Assembly: GCA_964498095.1 (NCBI GenBank)
Contig: CAZCFY010000001.1
Coordinates: 59,386-123,385 of the forward strand
Length of the DNA stretch: 64,000 bases
Direction: 5' to 3'
Source of the DNA: an uncultured Bdellovibrionales bacterium
Lineage (GTDB): Bacteria; Bdellovibrionota; Bdellovibrionia; Bdellovibrionales; SG-bin7
Below the pieces are notes generated by a model. The model saw only the letters and a program-made list of their open reading frames with translations. It did no database searches and was not told the DNA's origin. Of the stretch, positions 46,813 through 55,904 are shown in pieces. Made by a program: the position numbers and the translations under genes. Position 1 is the stretch's first letter. Each line of letters opens with the position of its first letter.

Positions 46813-48681
46813 ATGAGATCCTGGGTAACGCCGATAACTATTTTAACTGTCTTTGTAAACGTTTTGTACACCTGTCAGCCAGTTTGGGCAAAAAATCGCT
46901 GTGCAAGTCTATTCGTAAGCAAGATCCCAGCGACTATTGGTGTTGAAGTCGAGTGGCAACCTATTCGCGCAAATATCGAACGAAAAAACGTCGACCCATT
47001 GGTCGAAGGCATGAGTTTTCCCTTTTCCCGAGAAGAAAGTGACTTCAATCGAATGGAACTTGGAAAAATGTTCGGGCTATATGGGCGTGATGAGAAAACC
47101 GGGAAGTTTAAGGAAAACTTACTACCTAAGAAGGTGACTGCGAGTGTAGAGTTCAAGCGCCTACTAAACCCTGAGCCAGTTCCCTTTCCCGAATTTGCTA
47201 ATCAGCACCCCCGTGAGTGGATACCTGATGAACATCGACAGTACCGCGAATATAGTCGTAAGCTCAGCGAGGCTCGTCTGCCCTTTAGTGTACAATTTGA
47301 TGGAGAATATTATTATATCACCAATTTTGGTTCGCTAAAAGGTCCGGATCTAATTAGAACTTTACAGCTTCTTTTTGATATTGCTGGTGCCGAGTCCGCT
47401 GACCTAATACTTGCCAAGCGTCCAGAGGCGTGGGTTTCTAAAAATAGCGCGTCGGACGTACTAATTCCTAGTCGCGTGGTCATTGAGGAAAGAAACGGAA
47501 GGAGCGCTGGTTTGGAGTTTCCGATGGCTGGAGCGGTTCGCACCGAACAGGAGGTGCGTGATTATATCAAAAATTTATGGATTCGACTGGGGCTTTTCGA
47601 AGAACAAGAAACTGAACTTATTGAAGAAGCCACTTCAAATACAAATATTCATATGCATTGGGTTCCTCAAATTCAATCTATGCCGAAAGAGAAAAGAAAA
47701 CTTCTGTATAGGGCCCAAAAAGATTTGTTTGGCGATCTTAATGACGAAGCGATGCTTTCGGATTACACTGAATTAGCACTCCAACTTGAAACTTCAAAAT
47801 TAAGTTCTGACACTTCCGAAACAAAATTACTAACGGCATTTTATCAGCTGGTGGCCTCTTTTATGCAGATGCCAATTCAGAATCTGACCCGGTCGGCGTT
47901 TCGCCGAATTGAGGTAACCAGTGAAGGCATTTATGAGAAAGATCGTCTACGCACTGAAAATGACATGGATCCGAATTTTTCGGATGAGCTAAAACTGCTT
48001 CGCTATGGTTTACGCGGCAAATATGGTCAAGAAAGTCTCCCAACAAATCAGCCGGTCCCCAAGGTCGGTATAGAATTTCGAAACGACGGTACCTTTGTTA
48101 AAACAATGAGGCATGTGAGCGAGTCAGAAGAAAGGTTTGTGGACAGCGTTCCGACCGGTACTCGGGGAATTGAGGATGATCCAGCTCAACTTCGGATACT
48201 TGCGCAGCATTATGGGATTGACACGAGGTTAATTGGTTTGGCTTACGAATCTCTTCATTCCGGCAACAGTCACATTAAACAATCACAGTGGAGGCCAAGT
48301 ACAATAATTGCCACATTACTGTTGCCCCTCACGGCATGGGAGAGTCACCCGCTTTATCAAAGAGGACTGAAACAATTAAGTAGAGAACAAAGTAGTAAGA
48401 TGGAAAAATCCTTCGCCACTGCCAGAGCAAGATATAAACAAAATATTAATAGGCTTGTCTCTCTCGCATATGGTGATGCAAGTTCAAACGACAACTTTCC
48501 CGATTGGTTGCGAAACGGTATTAAGCAACCGCTGTTTAGTTCTGAAGGATCGAAGTATTTAGGACAACTTGACGGTGTTAAGGTTAATCAGCAGGGCGAG
48601 TTGTTCCAGATCATCCTATTCGGAGAAGCTATGCGCTTTTTAAGAGACTCGGGAGTCGCTAGCGTGATGACAGGTCACTAA
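46813..48681 (+). CDS. Secreted protein with putative amidoligase (glutamine-synthetase-like) fold
   Basis: Signal peptide. Motifs in order: TIGVEVE, GLEFP, NIHMH, VGIEFR. Confidence 0.55.
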   Translation: MRSWVTPITILTVFVNVLYTCQPVWAKNRCASLFVSKIPATIGVEVEWQPIRANIERKNVDPLVEGMSFPFSREESDFNRMELGKMFGLYGRDEKTGKFKENLLPKKVTASVEFKRLLNPEPVPFPEFANQHPREWIPDEHRQYREYSRKLSEARLPFSVQFDGEYYYITNFGSLKGPDLIRTLQLLFDIAGAESADLILAKRPEAWVSKNSASDVLIPSRVVIEERNGRSAGLEFPMAGAVRTEQEVRDYIKNLWIRLGLFEEQETELIEEATSNTNIHMHWVPQIQSMPKEKRKLLYRAQKDLFGDLNDEAMLSDYTELALQLETSKLSSDTSETKLLTAFYQLVASFMQMPIQNLTRSAFRRIEVTSEGIYEKDRLRTENDMDPNFSDELKLLRYGLRGKYGQESLPTNQPVPKVGIEFRNDGTFVKTMRHVSESEERFVDSVPTGTRGIEDDPAQLRILAQHYGIDTRLIGLAYESLHSGNSHIKQSQWRPSTIIATLLLPLTAWESHPLYQRGLKQLSREQSSKMEKSFATARARYKQNINRLVSLAYGDASSNDNFPDWLRNGIKQPLFSSEGSKYLGQLDGVKVNQQGELFQIILFGEAMRFLRDSGVASVMTGH

Positions 48682-48726
48682 GTAGAACCGGAGAACCCGT
48701 TGAACTACCAATCTCATTTTAGAAAT

Positions 48727-48785
<59 letters not shown>

Positions 48786-48844
48786 CTTTTTTAGAAATAT
48801 ATAAGAGATTTTTTTAGTTTTTAAGGAATTTAAATAGATATAAC

Positions 48845-48872
48845 TTGACAATTGTAGCCAATTGGCTACAAT
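48845..48872 (+). promoter_or_regulatory. Sigma70-like promoter with 22-bp palindromic operator for the TA operon
   Basis: TTGACA (48845-50)-16 nt-TACAAT (48867-72). Perfect palindrome ATTGTAGCCAATTGGCTACAAT 48851-48872. Confidence 0.8.
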
Positions 48873-48878
48873 CAAGCT

Positions 48879-49220
48879 GTGATAAAGCAAGGACCTCTGA
48901 GCATTATAGTCTATGAAACAGCCGAAGGAAAAAGGCCCTACTCTGATTGGATCAAAAATCTTCGCGACTCGACAACAGTTGCTCGGATTAGGGCCAGAAT
49001 TGATCGTATCGAAGAAGGAAACTTAGGCCAGTATAAAGCTTTAGGCACGGGGCTTTTTGAATTTAAGTTTAATTTCGGATCTGGTTATCGTGTCTATTTT
49101 GCTGTTGATGGTGACAAGATTATTTTAATTCTTTCGGGCGGAGACAAAAGCTCGCAGCGAAAAGATATTCTTAAAGCCCGTGAATATTGGACCGACTATC
49201 TTATGAGGAAAAGAAAATGA
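48879..49220 (+). CDS. Type II toxin, RelE/ParE superfamily (HI1419-like addiction module killer)
   Basis: YET..GK.P...W...LRD......I..RI.R...GNLG..K.LG.GL.E.....G.GYRVYF...G..IIL...GGDKSSQ..DI.KA..YW. Confidence 0.92.
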   Translation: MIKQGPLSIIVYETAEGKRPYSDWIKNLRDSTTVARIRARIDRIEEGNLGQYKALGTGLFEFKFNFGSGYRVYFAVDGDKIILILSGGDKSSQRKDILKAREYWTDYLMRKRK

Positions 49221-49546
49221 AAAAAGTAAAAGTATCAAAAAAATTGCCTGCTGTTGATTACCGAGAAAGTCTTATTGAAGAGCTCAAAGGCGACGAAAAA
49301 GCGCAATACATGTACTTGAAAGTTTCTCTTGAGGAAAATGGCGACATGCCAGAAGTTTTCCTTAAAGCCGTTGAAACAGTAGCTAAAGCCCGTGGGTTTA
49401 GTAACTTTGCTAAAAAAACGGGCTTAAACAGGGAAAATCTTTATCGCATATTTTCAAATGAAAGAACTCCAAGGCTTGAGTCATTGGTTAAAATTTTGGA
49501 TGCTCTTGGTTTTAAACTTACTATTACTCCGAAGCGTGCTTCTTAA
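49217..49546 (+). CDS. Antitoxin, HI1420-like addiction module antidote (HTH)
   Basis: ATGA overlap with the toxin. VAKARG....A..TGLNRENLYRIFS....PRL..L.KIL.ALG.KL. Confidence 0.92.
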   Translation: MKKVKVSKKLPAVDYRESLIEELKGDEKAQYMYLKVSLEENGDMPEVFLKAVETVAKARGFSNFAKKTGLNRENLYRIFSNERTPRLESLVKILDALGFKLTITPKRAS

Positions 49547-49615
49547 AAAGATTTATCTACTGCCAAAAAGAGATTTTCGGATTTTATTAAGGAGCTTGAA
49601 AATGAAAAAGAGTAA
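49547..49615 (+). pseudogene. C-terminal stub of a second (HigB-like) toxin
   Basis: KDLSTAKKRFSDFIKELENEKE* overlaps the XRE gene start; the rest of the gene is absent. Confidence 0.45.
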
Positions 49616-49910
49616 TCAAAAGAAAAATTATGTCGTTGCTAAAAAATCCCAAGAAATCGCTGAAGCTTTAGGTATCACTTCTTCCGTTGATCAAGCTCAT
49701 ATTTCCTATAAAGCCCAACTCTCAGAAATGGCATCAAAGGCTATTGAAAGTTCAAAACATACTGTTAACGAAATCGTCAATCGATCTGGCGTTGCAAGAT
49801 CTAAGGTCTCAGCCATTAAAAATGGAGCTTTGGCTGGAATTTCAATTGATTTATTTATTAGGGTTATCATCTCGACTGGTGCCAAGTTAAATATGAAATT
49901 AGCTGCTTAG
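49602..49910 (+). CDS. XRE-family (HigA-like) HTH protein
   Basis: AAGGAG RBS. VNEIVNRSGVARSKVSAIKNG...ISIDLFIR. Ends KLAA. Confidence 0.78.
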   Translation: MKKSNQKKNYVVAKKSQEIAEALGITSSVDQAHISYKAQLSEMASKAIESSKHTVNEIVNRSGVARSKVSAIKNGALAGISIDLFIRVIISTGAKLNMKLAA

Positions 49911-50002
49911 AATCCATCTTTGCAGATAAACTATAAAAGAGTATAGTAGCACAGATGCCTGAACGCTGCATAAGTGGTGAGATTTTAATTTGGAGGATGA
50001 AA

Positions 50003-50347
50003 ATGGCTTTGCCTGAGCTGACAAAGAAACAAGCTGAAGAAGCCCTCAATTCATTTTTCCAGAAGCGCGTTCCATCGCATGCGCGAGACAAAGTCCGTCT
50101 TGTTTTTTCGTTTCGAGGAAATTCGGTGTCGCTTCTTGAGGAGAGGCCCTATTTTCAAGATCCATCTCAGTGGACGAGTACGCCCGTAGCTCAGTTTCGA
50201 TTCGATCAAGATGACAAAACATGGACTCTGTATTGCCCCGATCGAAATTCCAAGTGGCATGTGTATGATCATGCCAAACCCTCGCGCCAATTCATTCACT
50301 TACTTCGAGCCGTTGAGGATGATGCTACCGGTATTTTTTGGGGCTAG
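50003..50347 (+). CDS. DUF3024 family protein
   Basis: GGAGG RBS. RVP.H.RD.VRL...V.L.E.RP...W...PVAQFR......W.LY..DRN.KWH.Y...DD.TGIFWG. Confidence 0.88.
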   Translation: MALPELTKKQAEEALNSFFQKRVPSHARDKVRLVFSFRGNSVSLLEERPYFQDPSQWTSTPVAQFRFDQDDKTWTLYCPDRNSKWHVYDHAKPSRQFIHLLRAVEDDATGIFWG

Positions 50348-50365
50348 GCGGCTTGCCAAAGAGTC

Positions 50366-50883
50366 GTGTCGTCGAAACATCACATTTACTTGCGCGAAGA
50401 TATTGAGAATCCACAGGGCAGTTAATGCTCTGAAAAAAGTTAAAAATTCTTATACTTTGGCGTTCTTGTCATACCCCCAGTTTCATTATTTTGGTAGATT
50501 CAGCCAAGAAAAAATGACCGTTAAAAACAGCAGTGCGAATATTTTTCCGATTCGAAAGGAGTGGATTTAGGTGAAGTATTCATCTCAGGCAAAAGGGCGG
50601 CAAGAATCGGGGCTCAGTCGGTAAATTTTATGGAAGAGACGGATATAAACGATTTCTCGAGTTTAAACACGAAGCCCAGAAGTCTCGGGTGGAACGCACT
50701 TTTGTGTTGGATGTTTGAGAATCAACAAATCATAGGGCGAAGAAGAAAGTGATAAGTCGCGCAGCTTTGTTTCAGGGCAAAAAGACGTGCAGAAGTATTC
50801 CTGGCTCAATGTGATAATCTTTTCCTTCGACGGTTTTTTATTTTTACGTCTTTACGCAAGTAAACGTGTCGTATCGACGTCAC
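50366..50883 (+). repeat. Element E1: 518-bp non-coding element with inverted 27-bp terminal sites (candidate ncRNA or non-autonomous element)
   Basis: Terminal sites 50366-50392 and 50857-50883. Core 50658-50715 is 57/58 identical to 53377-53434. Confidence 0.85.
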
Positions 50884-51120
50884 ATCCTTAATATCGCGTA
50901 ACCGGGAATTACTGCTTACGGCAGGAATTTGAATTTTGGCACGACTTTTGATGATTATAAAATGAAGTCGAGAAATTGAAGATATATTTAGCTAAGTGTG
51001 ATCATTTATTTGACAGTTATTAGCGAAATTCGTTCTGTCAAAGAAATTTACAATTTTTTTGGCGGCGTGTTTTTAATTAGCAAATTTGTTATCGAAAAAT
51101 ATTTAAGGAGCTTCATATTT

Positions 51121-52971
51121 ATGACAGGTATCCCAGTTTTATCGCGGACTAACTATGAGCGAATTTTATACAAGAGTTGGATAATTCTTGTATTAATCTT
51201 CCAGGGATTCTTTTTAACAAATTTGGCTTCTGCACAGTCAAAAGATTGTTCAGCAGTTTTTCACTCCTATCAATCTATCGAAGATCCTCGGCGAACCTAT
51301 GTTGAACAACTTATATTACGACTTCAGGATCAAGCCAAAAGAAATTCAGTAAGTCTTCTTAAAAGTAAATCTGTTAAGGATTTTGTTGTGGTGGGAGGAG
51401 GCCCTCACGGATTATCATTTACGGCGCTTTTGGAGCAGGGCAATCCCGAAATTAGTGGTGTAGTTATCGATAAAGGAAATGGTCGTTCGCCCATTTGGAA
51501 CGACGCAGGTGATAGCTTTCTCGTTGGACCAGCAGTGAGCCATCGACTTATCGGTAGCGCTGTTCAGCCCGGAGATTTGTTTGCAAAAGAAAGTCCTCGT
51601 CTTCCTGCCTTCACGATTGGAATGGCTTTACAATTCCTAAAAAGTCAGTTGCGTGCGAAACAGGTTCACGAAGATACCGTGGTGGCAATTCGTACCAACG
51701 GAAATCGCGAAAGGATTCAAACTCAAAATGGAATCGAAATTGATACCGACTGGGTTGTTCTTTCAACCGGACTTGGCAGACCACAATTTAAAATTGATGA
51801 TAAAGAATCAGTTGCACTCGTAGAAAGAATTGCAAATTCGCAAGTTCCAAATGACCAAGTACCGAATATTCAGTATGCACTCGATGCTTGGAAACGAGGG
51901 ACACAATCTATAAGAAAAAATCAAGACCCTCTAGCTCCTTATCGTGGGAAGCGTCTTGCCGTTATAGGTGGAGGCGGGGGTGCAAAAACCGAAGTTAAAC
52001 GTCAGTTAAATATTTTGAATTCAAATATTCCACCAAATTTACAAGAGGCGCTAAATCCAAAAACAAATGGGGGCCCTAACTTGTTACATTGGATTGGTAT
52101 CCAGGTAGATGGGTACTACAAGCCAAAAAAAAACCTATCTCCCTTTATTGATTCGAAGCGATTGATGATACACGACTCCCATGCAAAACGGATTTTTGAG
52201 CGGACCAAAATCGATGGTGAAAAAGAATATGTTATAGAAATTTCTCAAAGAGACGGACTAATTCAGGAGATCGTAGTTGATCAAGTGATAATTGCATCTG
52301 GCTTTTTAGGCCCAGAAGCATCTTTACCTTCTGGCCTTAGTTCGTCTGGAGAAAAGCCAATTCTTGACGACGTGATAGTCGATACACCTGATAGGGGTGA
52401 AATCGTAGTGGCCAAAAGAGTTCGTAATAGAAATGTACTTCTCGTAGGTACCGGTGCAGGAATTGAGGTTCCACCTGAAGAGCTGTTAAGTACACGAACT
52501 CCAGTGAGCTTTGCTTCATTAGGTCCACGTATAAGAACTGCCGCAGATTTTATAAGCACAAACTTGAACTACACAAATAACAAGAATATTCCCACTCTCA
52601 GAGCATCGCCTGAAAGAAATGCACCGTCCATTTTCGAATTTCATAAATACTCTAGTGGCATCAGGGTTAAAGATATAAATACAAATCTTTTACGACTACG
52701 TACTGCTATTGCGAGAGAGCTGGGTAAATTTCGTTATTCATCAGAAAATATTGAACTAGAATTTTCCAACGAAAGATTTGGTTTTCAACTAAAGATTTTT
52801 GGTTTTTTAGAGAATGATGCAAAAAGAATTTATGAAGAAATCAAATTAAATTCCGAGCTTATGTCTGCTCTGCAAGAACTTATGGATCAACCTGCACAAA
52901 AAATTAGAGTGAGCGTGAAAACACGCAAAGATGGTCGTGCTGAACCAGAGGGTATAGAAATCAAATTTTAA
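51121..52971 (+). CDS. Secreted FAD/NAD(P)-binding oxidoreductase-like protein
   Basis: Signal-like segment to ASA-QSKDCSAVF. VVVGGGPHG, VVLSTGLG, AVIGGGGGA, DQVIIASGF. Start 51121 preferred over 50998. Confidence 0.75.
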   Translation: MTGIPVLSRTNYERILYKSWIILVLIFQGFFLTNLASAQSKDCSAVFHSYQSIEDPRRTYVEQLILRLQDQAKRNSVSLLKSKSVKDFVVVGGGPHGLSFTALLEQGNPEISGVVIDKGNGRSPIWNDAGDSFLVGPAVSHRLIGSAVQPGDLFAKESPRLPAFTIGMALQFLKSQLRAKQVHEDTVVAIRTNGNRERIQTQNGIEIDTDWVVLSTGLGRPQFKIDDKESVALVERIANSQVPNDQVPNIQYALDAWKRGTQSIRKNQDPLAPYRGKRLAVIGGGGGAKTEVKRQLNILNSNIPPNLQEALNPKTNGGPNLLHWIGIQVDGYYKPKKNLSPFIDSKRLMIHDSHAKRIFERTKIDGEKEYVIEISQRDGLIQEIVVDQVIIASGFLGPEASLPSGLSSSGEKPILDDVIVDTPDRGEIVVAKRVRNRNVLLVGTGAGIEVPPEELLSTRTPVSFASLGPRIRTAADFISTNLNYTNNKNIPTLRASPERNAPSIFEFHKYSSGIRVKDINTNLLRLRTAIARELGKFRYSSENIELEFSNERFGFQLKIFGFLENDAKRIYEEIKLNSELMSALQELMDQPAQKIRVSVKTRKDGRAEPEGIEIKF

Positions 52972-53083
52972 AAATTTTATACTCTCTTTATTTACTACGC
53001 AACGACGCGGATAATATTTGAACAAAGGCCACGCAATTCAACAGGAATCAGCATTGCATAAAGATATCGTTCACTCAGTGGTC

Positions 53084-53591
53084 GTGACGTCGATACGTCA
53101 CGACCACTTGCGCGAGAATAAAAGACTTCCTAAAACCAGTTTAAGTGGCTCAAAATGAGATACGATTTTCTATGGCTACATTTATTGTCCTTCAAATAAA
53201 TAATATTTGCTAATCTAGGATTAACAATGGTGACCTTGAAATACAGCAGCGCGAGATTGTATCACAAAACGAATGGAGTGAGTAGCTGAAGTCAATTTCA
53301 ACTCGAGCGCGAGAGTCGGCAAGGTTCGGGGCAGATCGGTAAATTTCACGTATGGAGACGTATAACAACGAATTCCCGAGTTTAAACACGAAGCCCAGAA
53401 GTCTCGGGTGGAACTCACTTTTGTGTTGGATGTTCGAGATCCAGCTACCATAGAGTATTGAGGAAAGTGATAAGTCGCGCAGCCTCGTGAAGGTAAAGAG
53501 ACGTGCTGAAGTACTCTAGGCTCAACTTATTTCGGTTTTCTGTGTCCACATTTTTTCACCAGCTCAAGTAATCGTGACGTATCGACGTCAC
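53084..53591 (+). repeat. Element E2: 508-bp non-coding element, colinear homolog of E1
   Basis: Terminal sites 53084-53110 and 53565-53591; their outer 18 bp are exact reverse complements. Left end extends to a 14-bp-arm hairpin 53077-53108. Confidence 0.85.
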
Positions 53592-54170
53592 TCATTTCGA
53601 ATTAATATCGAGAGTAACCAGACTGTAAATCTTTCCATGCAATTTTCCTCTGCAAACCGGAAAGCTCGATTTGGGATTTCAGTCCATGATTTAAGAGAAC
53701 TCGCGGAGTCTTAGGTTTTAAAAAGCTCATTTGATCGGCAGAGACCGAAAACAGTGATGTTTGGTGCGAATTTGTTCTTTTGTATTTGATTTGCATTTTG
53801 TGGATTGAACTCCGAGAAGTTGCCGAAGAATGAGAAACTTGGGCTGATAGAGCCAAATGTGGGTTAAAAAAGTAAGTTTTAGATTTTTGACAAAGCCATA
53901 GCCGGTGATTTCCAAGCGGAAGATTTGGATTTTTTGCGGGCTAAAGGATTTTGGAAAATTTCTAAAAAAAAGAGTCATGTACGTTTAGTTGTGATTGATT
54001 TTTGCGCCAGAAACAGCGCGGTTGGCGGGTAAATTCGATTAGAAAAGATTTTTTGCGAAAAATGCAGATTTACAAAAATCATGGTACCTAGGTACCAGAA
54101 ATTTGAGCCTTAAGGTACCAACGATAATTTTTCATATTCTTATGTTAATTAGTGATTTTAAGTAGTTAGA

Positions 54171-54216
54171 TGGTTGCGGGGAGAGGATTTGAACCTCTGA
54201 CCTTCGGGTTATGAGC
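54171..54216 (-). repeat. att-like duplicate of the 3' 46 nt of tRNA-fMet
   Basis: Identical to 57715-57760. Ends just beyond the anticodon loop. Confidence 0.93.
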
Positions 54217-54383
54217 TTGATAAGGTGATTTTTTGTAAGTGTCTAGAAACATGATTTTTTATTAACAATAACAAATATTTGAGCCACTAAAATACGTGCG
54301 ACTTAAGCCCAAACGTTTGAGGGCGGTTAAATTCGAGAATTCACTAACCATACTGTCAAAAGTTATTTATTGATCTTGAAAGT

Positions 54384-54405
54384 GGCGCCTTAGTAACAAG
54401 GCGCC
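54384..54405 (-). terminator. Hairpin downstream of the 54453 gene
   Basis: GGCGCCTT-agtaac-AAGGCGCC perfect 8-bp stem. Confidence 0.5.
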
Positions 54406-54452
54406 GTAAAAAATTGAAGGGGTTTTAACAATTTAATCCTAAGATTGGATCT

Positions 54453-54743
54453 TCAGTATGCCTTTCTACATATTCCTTTGGCGATAAAGTCATACATTTT
54501 GTCATAACATTCAGTTTCAGAACCAGGGCAAGCGTAGATAGGTAAGTAAGTAAGCCACCTTGAATTACCTACTTCTTGAAGCTGGGTAATTTTAAACCTA
54601 TTCGAATGGCATGTTATGGTTTCCTGGTAGTTACCTCCACATACATAGGTTTCAGCCTGAACTATACAATTCCCTACTTGATCTGCATTGGAAATAGAAC
54701 CAAACAATGTTGAAACGAGCAGCGCGAACAAAATATTTTTCAT
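54453..54743 (-). CDS. Small secreted Cys-rich protein
   Basis: GGAGG RBS, MKN signal peptide, ends F..KGIC. Confidence 0.75.
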   Translation of the reverse strand: MKNILFALLVSTLFGSISNADQVGNCIVQAETYVCGGNYQETITCHSNRFKITQLQEVGNSRWLTYLPIYACPGSETECYDKMYDFIAKGICRKAY

Positions 54744-54876
54744 AAATAACCTCCTATAAAAAAATTAATAGTTATATCTTAGTGACGGCAAACATATAGA
54801 ATGCGGGGATTCAAAGAGCCAACGGCAGCTGAAGCATAGTCATAGTTTTTAGGGATTTTCTGATAAACTCCCCTGG

Positions 54877-55341
54877 TTAATCACTTATTTGAACTTCTTT
54901 TTTAGAATTGTCACCGGCACAAAATCCAATATCTACTAACTTATCGTATATCTGTCTGACAATTTCTGCCTCGCTCAAAATGAAAAAGGGCTTACCGTTA
55001 TTTGCCGTTATACCATATGTTTTAATTAGGACATCTCCCGTCGGTACAATTTTACATTGATTTTGTTTAACCGGCCCATTAGTACAAATTCCTCTTGCTG
55101 CCAATGTCTTCCACGCTTCAATAAATTCGTTAAACTTTTCAGGAAACGTAGGGGCGATTGAACCGTTTTTATGCCACGAAAGAAAACTGTTGTGTTCTGT
55201 ATCCCCCTGAACAAGCCTAATCGTTGGAAACATATGTAAATTGGCAAGCTTTGCGTGAGTTAGTTCACAGACGCCCCCAGCGTTTGCCATGGAGCCAAAA
55301 AAAATTAGTACTATTGTGGGAAGGGTTAATAAGGTACGCAT
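54877..55341 (-). CDS. Secreted protein with two C...helix-G(I/F)C units
   Basis: GAGGAG RBS before ATG 55341. Units end LAARGIC and LVDIGFC. Confidence 0.7.
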   Translation of the reverse strand: MRTLLTLPTIVLIFFGSMANAGGVCELTHAKLANLHMFPTIRLVQGDTEHNSFLSWHKNGSIAPTFPEKFNEFIEAWKTLAARGICTNGPVKQNQCKIVPTGDVLIKTYGITANNGKPFFILSEAEIVRQIYDKLVDIGFCAGDNSKKEVQISD

Positions 55342-55904
55342 AGGATTCTCCTCAGTTAGATTTAAAACTAAGTTATACATAGACTTAAAATAAATCGGAA
55401 CTTACTTAGACTTACCTATTGGGGTTTGGAGTGGTTTGAGACTAGGAGACATAGGCTTTTACTCGGCTAAACATAGCTAGTATGCGGTCACCAATTAAAT
55501 CTTTTGGATATACCTGGCGTCTAGCTTTTAAAGCGCTTTTGGGTGACCTCTGCCATATCAATCGATATAAATAGAGACATCAGAGCCAAATATACCCCAA
55601 ACCTCATATAATTGCTTTTAGTTTTAGAAGGCCCTCAAAAGTAACCAACCCATTATACGGGCAATCAATTGGTTGGCGCTCAATTTGGTATTGAGTGAGC
55701 CATATTGATTCTATTAACGACCAGCCAAATGAAGTCTTATCATATCATCGTCGAGCGAATTGCCTCGCGACTACTTGCCGTTGATATAAAATTCTTTCTT
55801 CATCATCAGAAAGGACGGGTTACCAATTCAGTGGATTTCTTTAAACTGATCGACTGTCGGTTGACATCACACCCGATGCTTCAATTGGCTTTTTTGGTAA
55901 ACTT

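Noticed and set aside
50561-53451. Short ORFs inside E1 (50561-50752 plus) and E2 (53221-53451 minus) as real genes
   Set aside because: Starts and stops are not preserved between the two homologous copies.
50366-53591. E1/E2 as integron attC sites, retron msr-msd, CRISPR repeats or group I/II introns
   Set aside because: No RYYYAAC/GTTRRRY cores, no reverse transcriptase, integrase or cas gene in the window, no repeat-spacer periodicity, and no recognisable intron domain V or P/Q/R/S motifs.
53602-53978. Minus-strand ORFs as an integrase or transposase remnant
   Set aside because: No R-H-R-Y, DDE or HUH motifs are visible. It may be decayed sequence, but nothing is supportable.
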